DNA of 64,000 nt from Enoplolaimus lenunculus. Its lineage: Eukaryota. The notes below the pieces were generated by a model that saw nothing but the letters and a program-made list of their open reading frames with translations, did no database searches and was not told the DNA's origin. The position numbers and the translations under genes are program-made. The stretch lies in NCBI GenBank assembly GCA_030248215.1, contig JASANG010003345.1, forward strand, positions 186,001-250,000, read 5' to 3'. Below, piece by piece: positions 13,094-26,515 of this stretch. The stretch's first letter is position 1; each line of letters starts with the position of its first letter.

Positions 13094-13568
13094 CACAAAC
13101 ACTTTGTCGCCCAAAACAGTGTCTGATCCATTTTTCAGTACGTTTCCAGACGCCGCAATCAATCCAGTCGCCGTATAACACACTTGTTGTCCATCTCGTG
13201 TCTCAATTTCTGACCCTATGACGTTGTTGCTTCGCTTAGTTACACTTTCAGATTGTTTTTGTTGCCCAAGTCGATCGCCAATCTGTCGGACAGGCCCTGA
13301 CGATGCAGCGACAGCGAAACTACTCAAAAACGATACATCCGAGTATCCGTGTTCAATTAGTAATTTTAGTAAAACACAAACATCATCATGAGAACGAAGT
13401 TTAACCACTGCATGCGATGGATGTGGCGACCATTTGTCTCCTTGAGAAGAGTCTTTGGCGATTATGCCACTGGACGCCGCCAACAGATTGAAATCGCCAA
13501 AAACACCACCGAAATCTTTCGATTCAAGCTTAGTTCCAACACGTCGGTCGTTCAAAGCATCCATTTCG

Positions 13569-13609
<41 letters not shown>

Positions 13610-13647
13610 ATTACTATTATTATTAATATTATTATTATTAATACTAC

Positions 13648-13693
<46 letters not shown>

Positions 13694-13789
13694 GCTGGTG
13701 ATGGTGGTGGTGTTGTTGTTGTTCTTGCTGCTGCTGTTGTTGCTTAAAGCGTCGGTTGCTAAAGCTGTTTCTGGTTTCACTGTTAACAT
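13094..13789 (-). CDS. C2H2 zinc-finger protein, coding exon 1 (MLTVKPET..., poly-Asn/Thr tract)
   Basis: ATG at 13789 is preceded by in-frame TAA codons. An upstream acceptor (cctgtag| at 13850) implies a non-coding 5' exon or trans-splice site. Donor GTG|gtaaga at 13093; 696 nt, phase 0. Confidence 0.7.
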
Positions 13790-14313
13790 ATTGGCTGGAG
13801 ATTATTATTAGTGAGATTTCAAATAGCTAACATATTATCCGATTAATACCTACAGGAATGGTTTCGTTTCTAGAAAACGGTTTACAACAGTAATAATTAC
13901 AAAAATTCCTGTTATGAAATTTTAAATAGAATTGCCAAACAAAAAACCACTACTACAAAACAGTATAAAATAAGTGACCCTGAAACTATTTTCTCACAAT
14001 GGATTGTAGCTTCATTCAAAAATTAATTCTCAGGCCGGTGCACTCATTCACCACCCACAAGCTTATGCCTGCGCCCAATCCTCCGTAATAGTTGAAGACT
14101 ACGCATAAGCCTACTTCTAAGCCTAAGACTAAGCATAAGGTATGCTAAATACTGAAAAATTCAAAAAAAATGTTGGACAAAGGGTACAGGAACCAATTTT
14201 GAGTTCAATTTCAAGTATATCATTTCTAAATTCAAGTAAAACTACAAAACAAACCGATTCGTTCTGTAATGTTTAGTTCAATTGTCTAAAAACCTGACCC
14301 ATGTATAACACAG

Positions 14314-14469
14314 GGCCGCATCGTTTTCCGGCGGAACTGTAATAGAGTCAGTTTAAGCTTTGGACTAACTGTTTTTGCTTCGGCTTAAGCTTAGGCTTAG
14401 GGATAGGCTCATCCTTACACTTAGGCTTACGTTTAGGCTTAGGAATATGCTTATACTACTGTTCCGGCC
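14314..14469 (+). mobile_element. Harbinger-like MITE filled with degenerate TTAGGC repeats
   Basis: cag|GGCCGCATC...GTTCCGGCC|cag (3-bp TSD); internal gcttaggcttagg; homologous copies elsewhere in the window. Confidence 0.7.
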
Positions 14470-15079
14470 CAGTTCCATACAAATACCCAAAACCGTATAG
14501 ATAGGTAGATACATTCTTCTACTGTGTAATATTTGATAATTCGGTTCTTGTACACCTCTCTAAACATTTAATATCAAAGCTTAGGCTTAGGCAAGCATTC
14601 TTCAACACCTAAGTTTAAGACTAAGCCTATGAATGAGCCTAAGGTCAAGCCTACGGACGAAAGTGTACAACAGCCACAAGTTCTACAAACTTTCCTTGTC
14701 CCACTTTGACATGCTGTAGAATGAATAACCTGCAGAGGTCAAAAAAGTTGTCGCTCGCTACGCTGCTCACAAAGACAATTTAGACGAAGTTTTATCCGCT
14801 CCCGAAATGAAAACCTGGCTACACGACGTCTGTTACATTTGACAATACTGGTCCACAACGTCGTCCAAAATTATAACTGCCACAACTGGCGTTTTTTCAT
14901 CTTAGTGTGCAATAATACACCAACTGCACAAAATCAAATTTAGTAAAACTCGGATATTCTTTGCGTAGAAAATTGCTAAAATGTAATTTTTATTGCTCAA
15001 CCGAAAAATTCTGCAGTTACACCACAGTCGGTTATTGTATAATATCTCAGAGATAATGAAATTTGAAATGTTTTTCTAT

Positions 15080-15250
15080 TGATGTGCCGATAGGATCGGC
15101 ATCGGCATCGATAATAATCGGCAGTTTTCGCGAGTATCGACATATCTATTCATTAAGCATGGTGTACTAAAGTTGGAATAAGCATCGGCATCGGCGAAAT
15201 TTCAAAATACAAATCAGCATCGGTATTGGCATCGGCGGCAAAAATTTTGG
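15080..15250. mobile_element. Truncated inverted copy of the TAGGGATGTGCCGAT MITE
   Basis: gatgtgccgat...ATCGGC repeats, and attaagcatggtgtactaaagttggaat is the reverse complement of 27137-27164. Confidence 0.7.
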
Positions 15251-15349
15251 CAAACAATATACGTATGTATAAGGTACGCCAAACTAAAGTTTACATCTCA
15301 CTTTTTCAACTCAGCACACGGGCAACCGAATTCTAAAAAAATATCCGAG

Positions 15350-15499
15350 CAGACACGTAGCCAGCTCAATTAGCTAGAGAGGCTAAAACTTTTCACGAGG
15401 AGCATAGAACAATTTTCAATGACTTACAAGCAAGGTTGAAAATTTTCTAGTGGGGCCAAAATTTTTCCACGGAAACCCACCTCCTTGGCTACAGGCCAG
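15350..15499. mobile_element. hAT-type MITE (CAG.C.CGTAGCCA family)
   Basis: Imperfect TIR cagacacgtagcca...tggctacaggccag; perfect 8-bp TSD tatccgag; related to about 29928-30091. Confidence 0.8.
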
Positions 15500-17756
15500 T
15501 ATCCGAGCCGTTGCAGAATATTAAGTGAACATTTAGACAGAAGCTAAAAGTTAATCATACTGCTTTAGTAGTGCTTGCTTTGCAAATAAATACCAATACA
15601 ACACACCATATACCGCGGAGCCTAGCACACCTCACCCTCCCCCCACACAGTTTCGGCAATTTCAAATGCTGACATACCTCGAGTCTTAGGCCTAGGCTTA
15701 GTCAAATTGCATGGGTAAGTGTACAAGTGTCTACCACTATCTATACACAGTTTAAGCTTACTTGTAAACTGCAGCTGCAACTCGCAACTGTTAAACACAA
15801 CCGAATTTCAAAGTAAAATTTTCACAAATTTTAATCTACAAATCCAATTCGTATATTCTTTTTGGAGGACCACAAAATTACACTGTACAATGATGCATAT
15901 TACGAATAAAAAACAATATTTCAACATATATCATATTTGCAATCGCACAAAATTGCTTTACTGCAGTTTGCAGCGCAGTTTATATTTTGAATATTCACAC
16001 AACAATACATAAATGGTTAGTATTACAGCGAGCAAAAAACAAACTCATCAGTATTTATTTGATTCAGTGGCTGCATGCATACAAATGCTCGTAGCATTCT
16101 CAATATTAATAATATTTCGCTAGTTAAAAGCAGACACTGCACGCTATTTGAACGCATGTATTGCAGTAACAAATATAGCAACTTACAATATGCTTAGAAT
16201 GTACAAAAAATTAGGACAGTTTTATATATTCAAAAATCACATTTTTTTCACATCAATTGCGTTCCCTTCGTTTCGACAGTGACAGACGACGACAGAGACA
16301 GACGCTTTTTTGATAGTCAAAATTGAAAGTTCACTTCAAATTTTGAATAGCGATTTCTTGCGGTGCCATTAAAATAAAACTTGTTAATAACATCGGAACA
16401 AAAATCACAAAATACAATTAAATGCTACATTTGCCTCCTTCCCGCCCCGTGCTACACCCTCGCGCCGTGATAAATCCCTGTTTGCCACAAGTCTTCTCTA
16501 TTATCTTATATATATGTATATTTTTACTATCTCGTTTTTCAGTATTTTGCAGTTTTGAGGTTCTGCGCGCAACGCTGCGTTTAAAATACCTGCAACATGT
16601 ATCCGATACAATATACGTATATATTGCATGCAAAAAAATTCTGCAAATTGTTGTAAATATATGTTATATGTACGGGTATAAATATAAATATATACGTATA
16701 TATAATATATATACTTGCATGTTTACATACATATGAGTATATATAGATTTCTACATATGTATATCTATTACCTTTAGCACAATAAAAGCAAATGCTTGCA
16801 GTACAAATTTATAACTGCAATAATAATTTTTACCTCAAAATTTCTGTGACATATAAAGCAAAACACAAAGTCCCTGCTATTTTTGCTATTGCACTGAGCA
16901 ATTGTTGTTGCAAGCGCGAAACGCTAAAAATTGTAATATTGACAAATGCTTTCATTTCAGTCATGTTTTAACTCAATATATAGATATATACTTATATACA
17001 TATAAAAAACATACATACATACATATATACATATATATGTATATAAGTATGCAGTATAACTAGCACACTTTGGCGTGCAACAACGCAATGGGAAAAATTT
17101 TCAGACTCAATACGCGAATTGCTTTTAGCCGATTTTTATACTTGCAACAACCACATGCACCACTTTGCATTCACACGTCATCGAAAAAATTTCTGCAATT
17201 TTTTTCGTCAACAATTGAATATTGTCATTCGAGGCTTATTGCAGCCCACAAGCAACCAAGTCTCAGAAGTGAGGTCAAAAAGATTTTCAGAGGGGCAAAG
17301 AAAAATTTGCCAAATATACGATTCGTTTACCGCAGGTAAATCAAGTTTCATCAAATAGGCTCCTTTACCGCAGTTAAATCAATTTTCATCAAAGACGGAG
17401 TGAAGCTTTTCGTCAGTTGGGACGGCGTCCATTCGTCCGATTCCTGTAGTTGTGGACATGGATTACTGTCAAAAGCATGTGACGGCCTATACATTTCGTA
17501 TTTTCCAGTAATACTTGCGATCCATAAGCCATAAAAAATCAATGTTGCATGTGAAAATGAAGTTTCTTAATATGTTGGTTTTCTTTCAAATCCGCTTAAA
17601 TAAACGTTGTAAAAACGTTCAATATTTCACAAGATGGCCAAAACGCCAACTGCCCAAGGTTTTTGACCCCCAATCTCCCCCAACCACAAGGACACCGGTT
17701 TTATGGTTTCTGATTGGGGTTTCGCTTTTTGAGTCTCGTTAGATGTGTAGGCCAAT

Positions 17757-17891
17757 GTATAGAACAGTATAACCATATTCCTAAGCCAAAGCATCAGAAT
17801 GAGCTTATACCTAATCGTAAGCCTAAGTAAAAAAATTAGCCTAAAGCTTAAGCTTACTCTATTGCAGTCCCGCAGAAATACGTTCAGCTCC
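17757..17891 (-). mobile_element. TTAGGC-bearing MITE, inverted copy
   Basis: gaacagt...catattcctaagcc...aagcttaagcttactctattgcagtcccgcagaaatacgttc is the reverse complement of the family consensus. Confidence 0.7.
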
Positions 17892-20800
17892 TAATTTACT
17901 CATCGGCCGGAGCGTAAACGATACAAAAATTTCAAAATCAAATGACCAACTAAAATTGAACACTGTTTCTAATCGGAATTTTGTACAAACGCTTATTACC
18001 GCAAAACCAAAAATACAGTGTTTCCTAGACAGCGAAAAAAATTAAACGAAATTGTTAAAAACTTCATTGAACTCTGTTTTTCGCTCTACAACAACCGAAA
18101 CAGAGAACTTCTGGTCTGGTTCTGGGTTTTTACTAGTCTCGCTCTCACTATGACTCTTGAGTTTCGGCATCGGGTTTACACCAAAACCGTCCATCTCTGC
18201 TCTCGATTGGTGCGAATTAAGTGGCTATACTATACGTTGCTGTGACCGACACAAAAAAACTTTCGCAATTCCTTTCCTTGAACAGTCGAATAATCAATTA
18301 CACTAGCAACAGGCAATATTTTAAAACTTTACCTATCAGCTACTTTTTCATTATCATAAATTATTAACATTCGCTTAGGCTTAGGCTTAAACACACAATA
18401 CTCACATGACACTGAACACAGTTAGTTTCAATGCGATATTCAATAAACTCTGACACCGCATAAAACGCCTACTTTTACAAACAGTACTCAAAAAGTAGTT
18501 TTTACCAATTTCTATCCATCCAAAATCAGCTTATTGATATATGCGGCAGTCTCGAGACTGCGTTAACATTTTACGCTTCAAAAAACCCTGGTTCTGAAAA
18601 ACGTTTGCTTATCATATAATAACATCGTATCGTTGTGAACGCGTCGTTTATGCATATAGTTTCAGCTCTTCTATATTCGAAATATACATTCACACGCCGA
18701 GGTGGGCAGCCAAAATTTAATTAACAGCAAAGATATAACCACATTCCTGGACACTACAATAGCTTGTAAACGTACCCCGTTTTCTGTTGACTTTACAAAT
18801 GTCCACAAAATCTATTTGATCTTCTCACTTGTATACCTGCTGCCCTCGATTATGTTTTGCAAAATCGCAAACACAATATTGCTTTCATCGCTGCGTGTAT
18901 ACACGTAGATGTACGCAATCCATTTTTGAACAGTTGTATATACTATATTGCTTGTTGCTCAAAGCGTTGTTCTTCTCGGAAAAATGGCCATATTTTTCGC
19001 GTTCTATACAAGCGACCAACGCATACTGCGTGCACGTTTTAAGCATATATATTTTTTGCTATAACATTTCGATCAAAATATCATTCACCAGACTGACTGT
19101 ATGTATTGGTATCATCGCAAAATATAAATAATAAGCAACAGTGCAATAACGACGCATAACCGAAATAAACACGGATTTATCAAAATTCAAATTTCAGCGT
19201 GGAATGATTACGCACAAAGTCCCTAATGGCAAGCCCAAAAACTTGGAACAATTTTCAAACTGCAACCATTTTTGGGCAAACCTGTAGCTGGCCGACATTT
19301 CACGGATATAAGATCCTCCCCCCACTTCAATCCTACACGATTAGGTTTAGGCTTAGCTTCAGGTTTCTTAATATTTTAGATGCGCCCTTTCCCTTAACCT
19401 AAGCCTAACCGTCACCCTTATATGTCGGCGGTACCGGTAACTGCACAAACGCCGTTATGTACGTCTACTAAGTGTACTACACTACCGGTGACACCGAATC
19501 CACGATTTGACCCGTTTCGAGTCCATTGCTAAATTGCCGAACCCGAATCCGAATCTTGCATGTTGCAAATTTCAGTTATATCTATAATTTGTTCCAGAAT
19601 ATTAACGCAATACCAGCCGCATAACTTTTAAACAGTAATATATTTAGTGGCAGACTTCAATTTTGACATTTGTGACCTGAAACCAAAATTTTTTTATTAA
19701 TATAACAAGTTATTTAAAATTTTTACAGTTTAAAACTGAAGAAAACATATTGCCAAACATTGTTGGATGGGGTTCTTGGACGCCGCTTTTCACGCAACCG
19801 AATCCGAACCACAAATTTTTGCCGAACGCGAACCTTTGTTGCCATCCTGTACACTACTATACTTCTGTTAGAAACGTGCACAGTTAACGGGGCGCCTACA
19901 CCTAAGTACTCCGTAGCTACCAAATGCACAAACGCGGCAACATCAATGCCGCAACAATGCTCCCTATTCTCGCAAACTGCACTAAACCAACCATACCTGG
20001 AAAAGCACCAGACATAGCGACGTACGACTGAAAAGCTGTATCGCACATATATACGTATATATTGTATACACTTCCTTGTGTGCATGGAATACGCAAACAC
20101 ATATCCACAATACGTACCATACACATTCACATATTATGTTAATATATACAAGCATTTATATTATATATAAAGCATTTATGTTATATATCCACGTATATAT
20201 ATTATATATATGTTATACATATGGGCAATATACAAACCATATATGTTACATATATACATATGCAGGCTTGGTGTACACTTCACACCACAAGCTTAACTCA
20301 AAGCCTAAAGCCAACAAAAATGGTTGCGAAAATTTGAAAATTTCTACCAAACTGCGAAACGTGTGTAACAGAGCCAGGTCTCTGTAAAAACATTTCTGAA
20401 ATAAAATCCTTGCAACGCACGTGACTATTTCAAATAATATACCGAAAAACTGGGCTGGATAAGGTGATCGGCCACCTAAGCATACTAAACGTCCCAATTA
20501 AGGTCACACTTTTAAATTTTACATTAATACTTCAATTGTGCTCGGCTTGACACCCGCGCCGTATTTAGTGCACTATATTTGTGTATATCGTTATTTTGTC
20601 ATCAGAAATTTTCCGCCACTCGGACAAACAAACACAATGCATTTACTCGTCTTGCACGTCCTACCCATCGAAACTAAAAATGCAAGCACATACACACACA
20701 CTGATCACTACGCAGAAACCATACCATAGAGAGCTTTAGAGCTTGTCTCGTTTTCAATGAGACGACTATATATATTTATGTATAAAAGCCTGCATTTTGT

Positions 20801-22731
20801 GTCGCAAAACGTTAGCAACACCATATATAGCAAGCAATATCATGCATTCATTTTTATGTTGTTGTTGTACCAACATATACAATTTTGATCAAAACACACT
20901 TCTTGCATATATATATACAAAACAGAGCAACCCAAAGCAATAGCACAACAACAACAACAACAACAACAAGACCATGGCAGTCAATACTGAAAGCTTTAGG
21001 CAAGCTGAAAAAGCAATACTGCGTTTGAAAATAGAAACACGTCATCATCGTGTAAACGACGGAAACTAGGCCGCAGATACAGCGCTCAACAGGATGGAGG
21101 GGGGGCACCGTCTTCCCGCAGATATATTCGTTCCGAGCCCCGGCCGAATAAATTGACATTAAATTAAAATTTTGATACCACAATTTCTGTTATTCCTTGT
21201 TGTCGACAGACAATTCTTGGTTACGAACCTGAATGCCAAATGGGGGTGAACACCTTAAAAGTTGGGTTGAGTGCAGTTATAAACGGCTGGTTCGTGTTAA
21301 ACAAGCAGCAGCAAAATATACAAGTCAATCATGTAGTAGAATAACAGAACGCGCATCAGAAATAAGCCTATTTGTGTATGGATATATGGTTCTCATGATG
21401 TCAGTGATGAATACAGAAGTTTACTCCGTACCACATATATGTTGGTTGAAAATGCTTGCGAGCGAGAGCGCCAAGTGTAATTTGAGTACGAAGTTCTACT
21501 ACAAAATTTTAATCTTAATCCCTGTTTTACAGGGTGCATACCGGAATTATAAAATACCACAACCGGAACCGAAAGGCTAAACAAACACCGGAACCGGAAA
21601 ACAAAAAATATTTGTTCTCGAAAAATTTGTTTTAAATCTATTGTATTGCTTTTAATGCGAAAATAGTTTGATTGAATTAAATCTTGAAAGCAAGGTTGAA
21701 GCATTTGTTGCAACCGGGGCGTCATATACATAGGTATGATGACACATTTCGAGCTTCCTCCGTGCACTCGAACATCATTGAAAACAGAAATCTAATGTGT
21801 AAACACACCATTTAGAATGCCAATACGACCCATAGTTTGTTAACGAATTTTATTCGATAACGTGAATTTTTAATTCATTTATGCTGATTGGTTAATCTAT
21901 ATATTAAAGCTGGAACGCCCCACATACGTATTTTGGGCAACTTTCCATAATATTTGTTTACAATTGTATCATAGCACATACGTAGACGCGATTGTTCTGT
22001 AATTAGAAAATTTGCATACATCCTTTTAAAGTTGGACGACTAGTTAGTATTATACGTCGAACAAAGCAAAGACATGCAGATCAAAATGTTCGTTAATGTG
22101 ATCGTTTTGTTTTATTTAAACGCACAATCTTTGAAACACTTTAATTTCTTTTACTATGAATTCAACTTTTTTCAGACGTCAACAAAATTTCTAGTTTCGA
22201 TTTCAATAATTGTAATACAAAATCTTTTTGTAGCTTGTTATTACAGAGATCAAGAAGCACATGTGTTTTCAACGAAAATTTACTTGAAATATAACATTTT
22301 TTCAAATGTCTCAACAGTGTCGACGCTACAGTTTGCCCGTCGAGGACCAAAGTGCAACCAGGTTTACACCAAACACCACAACCCAAACCGGATTTCGTTA
22401 CCAGACTCCGGATACTTAAGGTATTACAGAACAATTTATTTTTGGGATAATCTGAGTTAAACTAAAATCAACACACGACCTTCTATTTAGCATTTTCGAT
22501 ATTATAAGATTACAAATAGCAACGAACACACACCAAATTTGTCTGACCTCATATGTCGGCTTGGTTTTACGAGGGTCGGAGGTGCGCAGTAAACTACTTC
22601 ATTAATTGCCGACAACGTCTCTGCACTGGCGTGCCAAAGACCCACAGACAGGCATCCAATTAAACAGCATACGTGTATTGTTTACCTAAGAACGCATAAT
22701 AATCCAAAACGCAAAAACAAAACTATTACTA

Positions 22732-22951
22732 CACTGCAAAAAATGGTGAGTCAAATTGACTCTCTCGGAAATAGGCTTTTCCTGACTACACAAATTGAGT
22801 CAAAATTCGACTCCGCCAGAGTCAAATTCGATTCACTGAATCACTCAGTGAGTCCAATTTGACTCTGGTGGAGTCAAATTTGACTCAGTTTGTGTAGTCA
22901 GGAAAAGCCTATTTCCGACAGAGTCAATTTGACCACCCATTTTTTACAGTG
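22732..22951. mobile_element. 220-bp near-perfect palindromic (foldback) MITE, TA-flanked
   Basis: TA|CACTGCAAAAAATGG...CCATTTTTTACAGTG|TA; arms complementary almost to the centre; internal GAGTCAAATT/AATTTGACTC repeats. Confidence 0.9.
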
Positions 22952-23689
22952 TAGAGTAAAGGCAGCAAACAAAATCATTACATGAAAAGCTTTATAGTAC
23001 GCTTTTGCACACGCAGTATATATATGCTTGTCAACAATATAAGCATAGTTGTGCATAGATGCGCATGAGAAAAAAACAATTCAAAATGTGCTGAATAGCA
23101 TACCCGTAAAACCAGCATAACATGCTAAACGGTGTGGGCAAACAATTTTACAGGGGGTGGAAGGCATGTAGTTTAATTTCACAAACCGCAGAATCGATGC
23201 GATAACATTTCTCCACGGATACAACTTTAAAACGATGGCAGAAGACTAAGCGTTGTCTGGCTCGGCTCTGGCTACGGGCTTGGTAAAAATAGGCAAATCA
23301 CTAGCAAAGCAGTATTGTCTCATCATCAATTCAAAACGAAATATACCAAGCATCATCATCATATACACTCTCACTCACGAATATTGCACAAAAACAACGG
23401 CAAACCTACACAAATAGCTTATACATATTGAAATAACCATACATACACAACTCTATATCGACATATATTATAACATGAAACTGCGCGAAAAGCCTACTCT
23501 CACACAAAAGCTCTATAACAATGTGTTTTTAGAATGCTTCAAAGCGTTGCTGCTATACACAGAGCGTTTGGCTTCATGGTGTACTCTGCTATAATTTGAT
23601 GCGAACAACAATGGCAGATCAAGGATGCTTTAAACAGGTTACACCGCTGGACGAGAGTTTGCATTTTTAAAATCACAGTTACACGCTGC

Positions 23690-23912
23690 GTCCATATTCT
23701 TGAATGCGTATTGCAACTATAATCAGTAATAAGTTCTCAAACTCTCACTAACTACTGTAGTTGTTGAATTCAAAATTGCTACAAGACTAGAGCAAATCAT
23801 ATGCGTGAAAATGTGCTGAATTTCGACTATCAGCATTCATTGGTTTGAAAGGTACAAGACTTATTTCCAACTAGTGGTAGGTACTACACACACATTAAGC
23901 GAATACGGGCCC
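23690..23912. mobile_element. Older copy of the GGCCC.TATTCTCAAATG MITE
   Basis: gtccatattcttgaatgcgtatt...taggtactacacacacattaagcgaatacgggcc. Confidence 0.6.
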
Positions 23913-24073
23913 CAAGTCGTAAGAGCACTTTCAATCTTCATTGCCAGTATCACCGACAATCGACTATCCGAATGTGTTTCCGGCAAAACCATGACGTTCG
24001 TTACCAGTAGACTTCAAATTTGGAAAAAATTTTCAAAATCCAACACTTTTTTAGCAACTTCGGCCGGTAGATT

Positions 24074-24247
24074 CGGGCCCGTAGCCAACGCGGGTTCAGA
24101 ATCAGGTGGGTTCTCAATCGATCCTTGAAAAATTTTGGCCTCCCTAGAAAATGTTCAACTTTCCTTGGAAGTAACCCTTGTATGCTCCTCCTGAAAATTT
24201 TTTAGCCCCCCCCCGCCCCTACCAATGGTGAGCTGTCTGCAGGCCTG
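24074..24247. mobile_element. hAT-type MITE (CGGGCCCGTAGCC...GCAGGCCTG)
   Basis: Imperfect TIR; TSD ggtagatt/ggtagaat (7/8). Confidence 0.65.
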
Positions 24248-24572
24248 GGTAGAATACAACGAAAAAGACCACTTTACTACATATTGTAAAAATTAATAAA
24301 CTCAACGTTGTTTTAAACTAATGACAGGCAGAGAACATACAGAGGGAGCAACGAAAACTTTGCAAACGCAGAAATATTTCAATACTGTCGATAATCCTTC
24401 CGGCCTGGCGAGGGTGCAAAACCGCATGTAGATGGAGCGACAATACGGTTCGCTCATTCTTCATTTTTTCACCCAGCCCAGCCCATCCTTGTCGCTACAA
24501 GTTGCAGCCCTAACAATCAGTCTTGTTCTTCTTTACAAATACTGCAGCATCTCACAAATAAATATGATTGCG

Positions 24573-24747
24573 CAGTGGCGGATCCAGGATCTCAAAATGG
24601 GGGGGGGCAAAATTTCACAGGTAATAATCTTACTTTTGACCTATACACAAACCACGAACTATTGTCACAAAATTGCTATAGAAGTTTTGTCGAGATGCTG
24701 TTGGGGGGGGGGCACGGCCGGGGTGGCCCCCGATGGATCCGCCATTG
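24573..24747. mobile_element. hAT-type MITE (CAGTGGCGGATCC TIR), copy 2
   Basis: Same TIR; perfect 8-bp TSD tgattgcg on both sides. Confidence 0.92.
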
Positions 24748-26137
24748 TGATTGCGCATAATGACATATTCCAATAAGATGTACCAACACTTGATATTCCA
24801 ACATATGCCGTTTACACCCCAAAAGACATATTTGTAATAAACACAAAACCATCATCACTGGATGTATCTAGCAATACGTTACGCTTTACTAAAACAAAAC
24901 AATGATACACATATAAGAAAATATAAGTAGTGTACGTATTTCAATGTACATTTTATCTCATGCACGTTATATTCACAGGTGAGATGTAAGGTTTACTATC
25001 TCTATCTGATCCATCCCAAATGGCGCACTATCAGGCAGAAGCTCATCTAAAATAACCCACCCATACCAGTAGTTGTGTTCAAATGTGCCCTGCTTGCATT
25101 TTAGTCTCAAGCTAAACTTACACCATTTATATATGTGTATATATCGCAGGAACATGCATACAATATGTATACAGACATGTATCGCTGACACACGCATGCG
25201 GTTGTCTCAATTCGCGTGTGCACTCATGAGTAATGCAGAAATCATCTCACGCTAACGTTGCATCTACGATATATAAATCGCCGTGTAGTCTCACATGCAG
25301 AACCTTCTAAGGGGGGGTGAAGGACGTCACAATTTTCATGAAAACATTTCTGACAGGGGTGCGCACCCTGCTGCTCTGGATCCAGTTCTGTTTGTGTGTA
25401 GTCGCATCAGCACTGATGCACATTGATGGATGTAGGATTTTACGGTGTGGGAAGCCACTTTTTGTGTTCCGAATTTTTACAGTTTCAAAGCGGTGTTTTT
25501 AGCAATTTTTTTAGCATTTTTACGCTGAGCGCGTAAAATGGTCTTTATTCATGACGGTAATCTATCCGTTTTTTTCAACTATTTGGATGAAAAAAAGAAT
25601 TACTTAACTATTTTGTCGTTTTTAGAAGCTCACTTAAGTTATGTAAATACTTAAAGTCGCTGACTAAATTTGATATGCTACAAATTATACCGCTCAGGCA
25701 TACTAACTTTGGTCGAATTGAAATTACAGACTCATGAAGCCTCCTTAATATAAAGCAAAACTGATAGTTCCGTACCATGATAATGGCCGTTATTTGGCGC
25801 TTCTTTGGTTGCGCACGAAACTTTATTTACTTAATTCGGCGACTTAAGTAATTACTTAAGTATAACTCAAGTAAATACTTAAGTAAAATTTCAGAAATCC
25901 AGCCATTGTGAGCTTTAGACGATTATATCTCAGTAAATTTTCAACAAGTCTTAGCCGATGGGTGGTATACATTCTGCATACTCCTGGATCAACCCGCGTT
26001 CATGCATATATACACTTTCGTATATATGGACACACGAATACTGCGTGCGGCATTCACATATCGCATTATACACAGCGTGCACCAATATTGCATGTATGTA
26101 TAACATATACAATATACATACACACCTCATGTACCCG

Positions 26138-26515
26138 CGTGCGGCCACATATGCCATACGTGCAGCCACATATGCATACGTGCAGCCACATATGCACACG
26201 TGCAGCCACATATGCATACGTGCAGCCACATATGCATACGTGCAGCCACTATGCATACGTGCAACCACATATGCATACGTGCAGCCACATATGCATACGC
26301 GCAGCCACATATGCATACGTGCAGCCACATATGCATACGTGCAACCACATATGCATACGTGCAACCACATATGCATACGTGCAGCCACATATGCATACGT
26401 GCAGCCACATATGCATACGTGCAACCACATATGCATACGTGCAGCCACATATGCATACGTGCAACCACATATGCATACGTGCAGCCACATATGCATACGT
26501 GCGGCCGCATATGCA
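26138..26515. repeat. 20-bp minisatellite, about 19 copies (GTGCA[G/A]CCACATATGCATAC)
   Basis: Exact 20-bp period visible from 26161, with one 2-nt-deleted unit near 26250. Confidence 0.95.
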
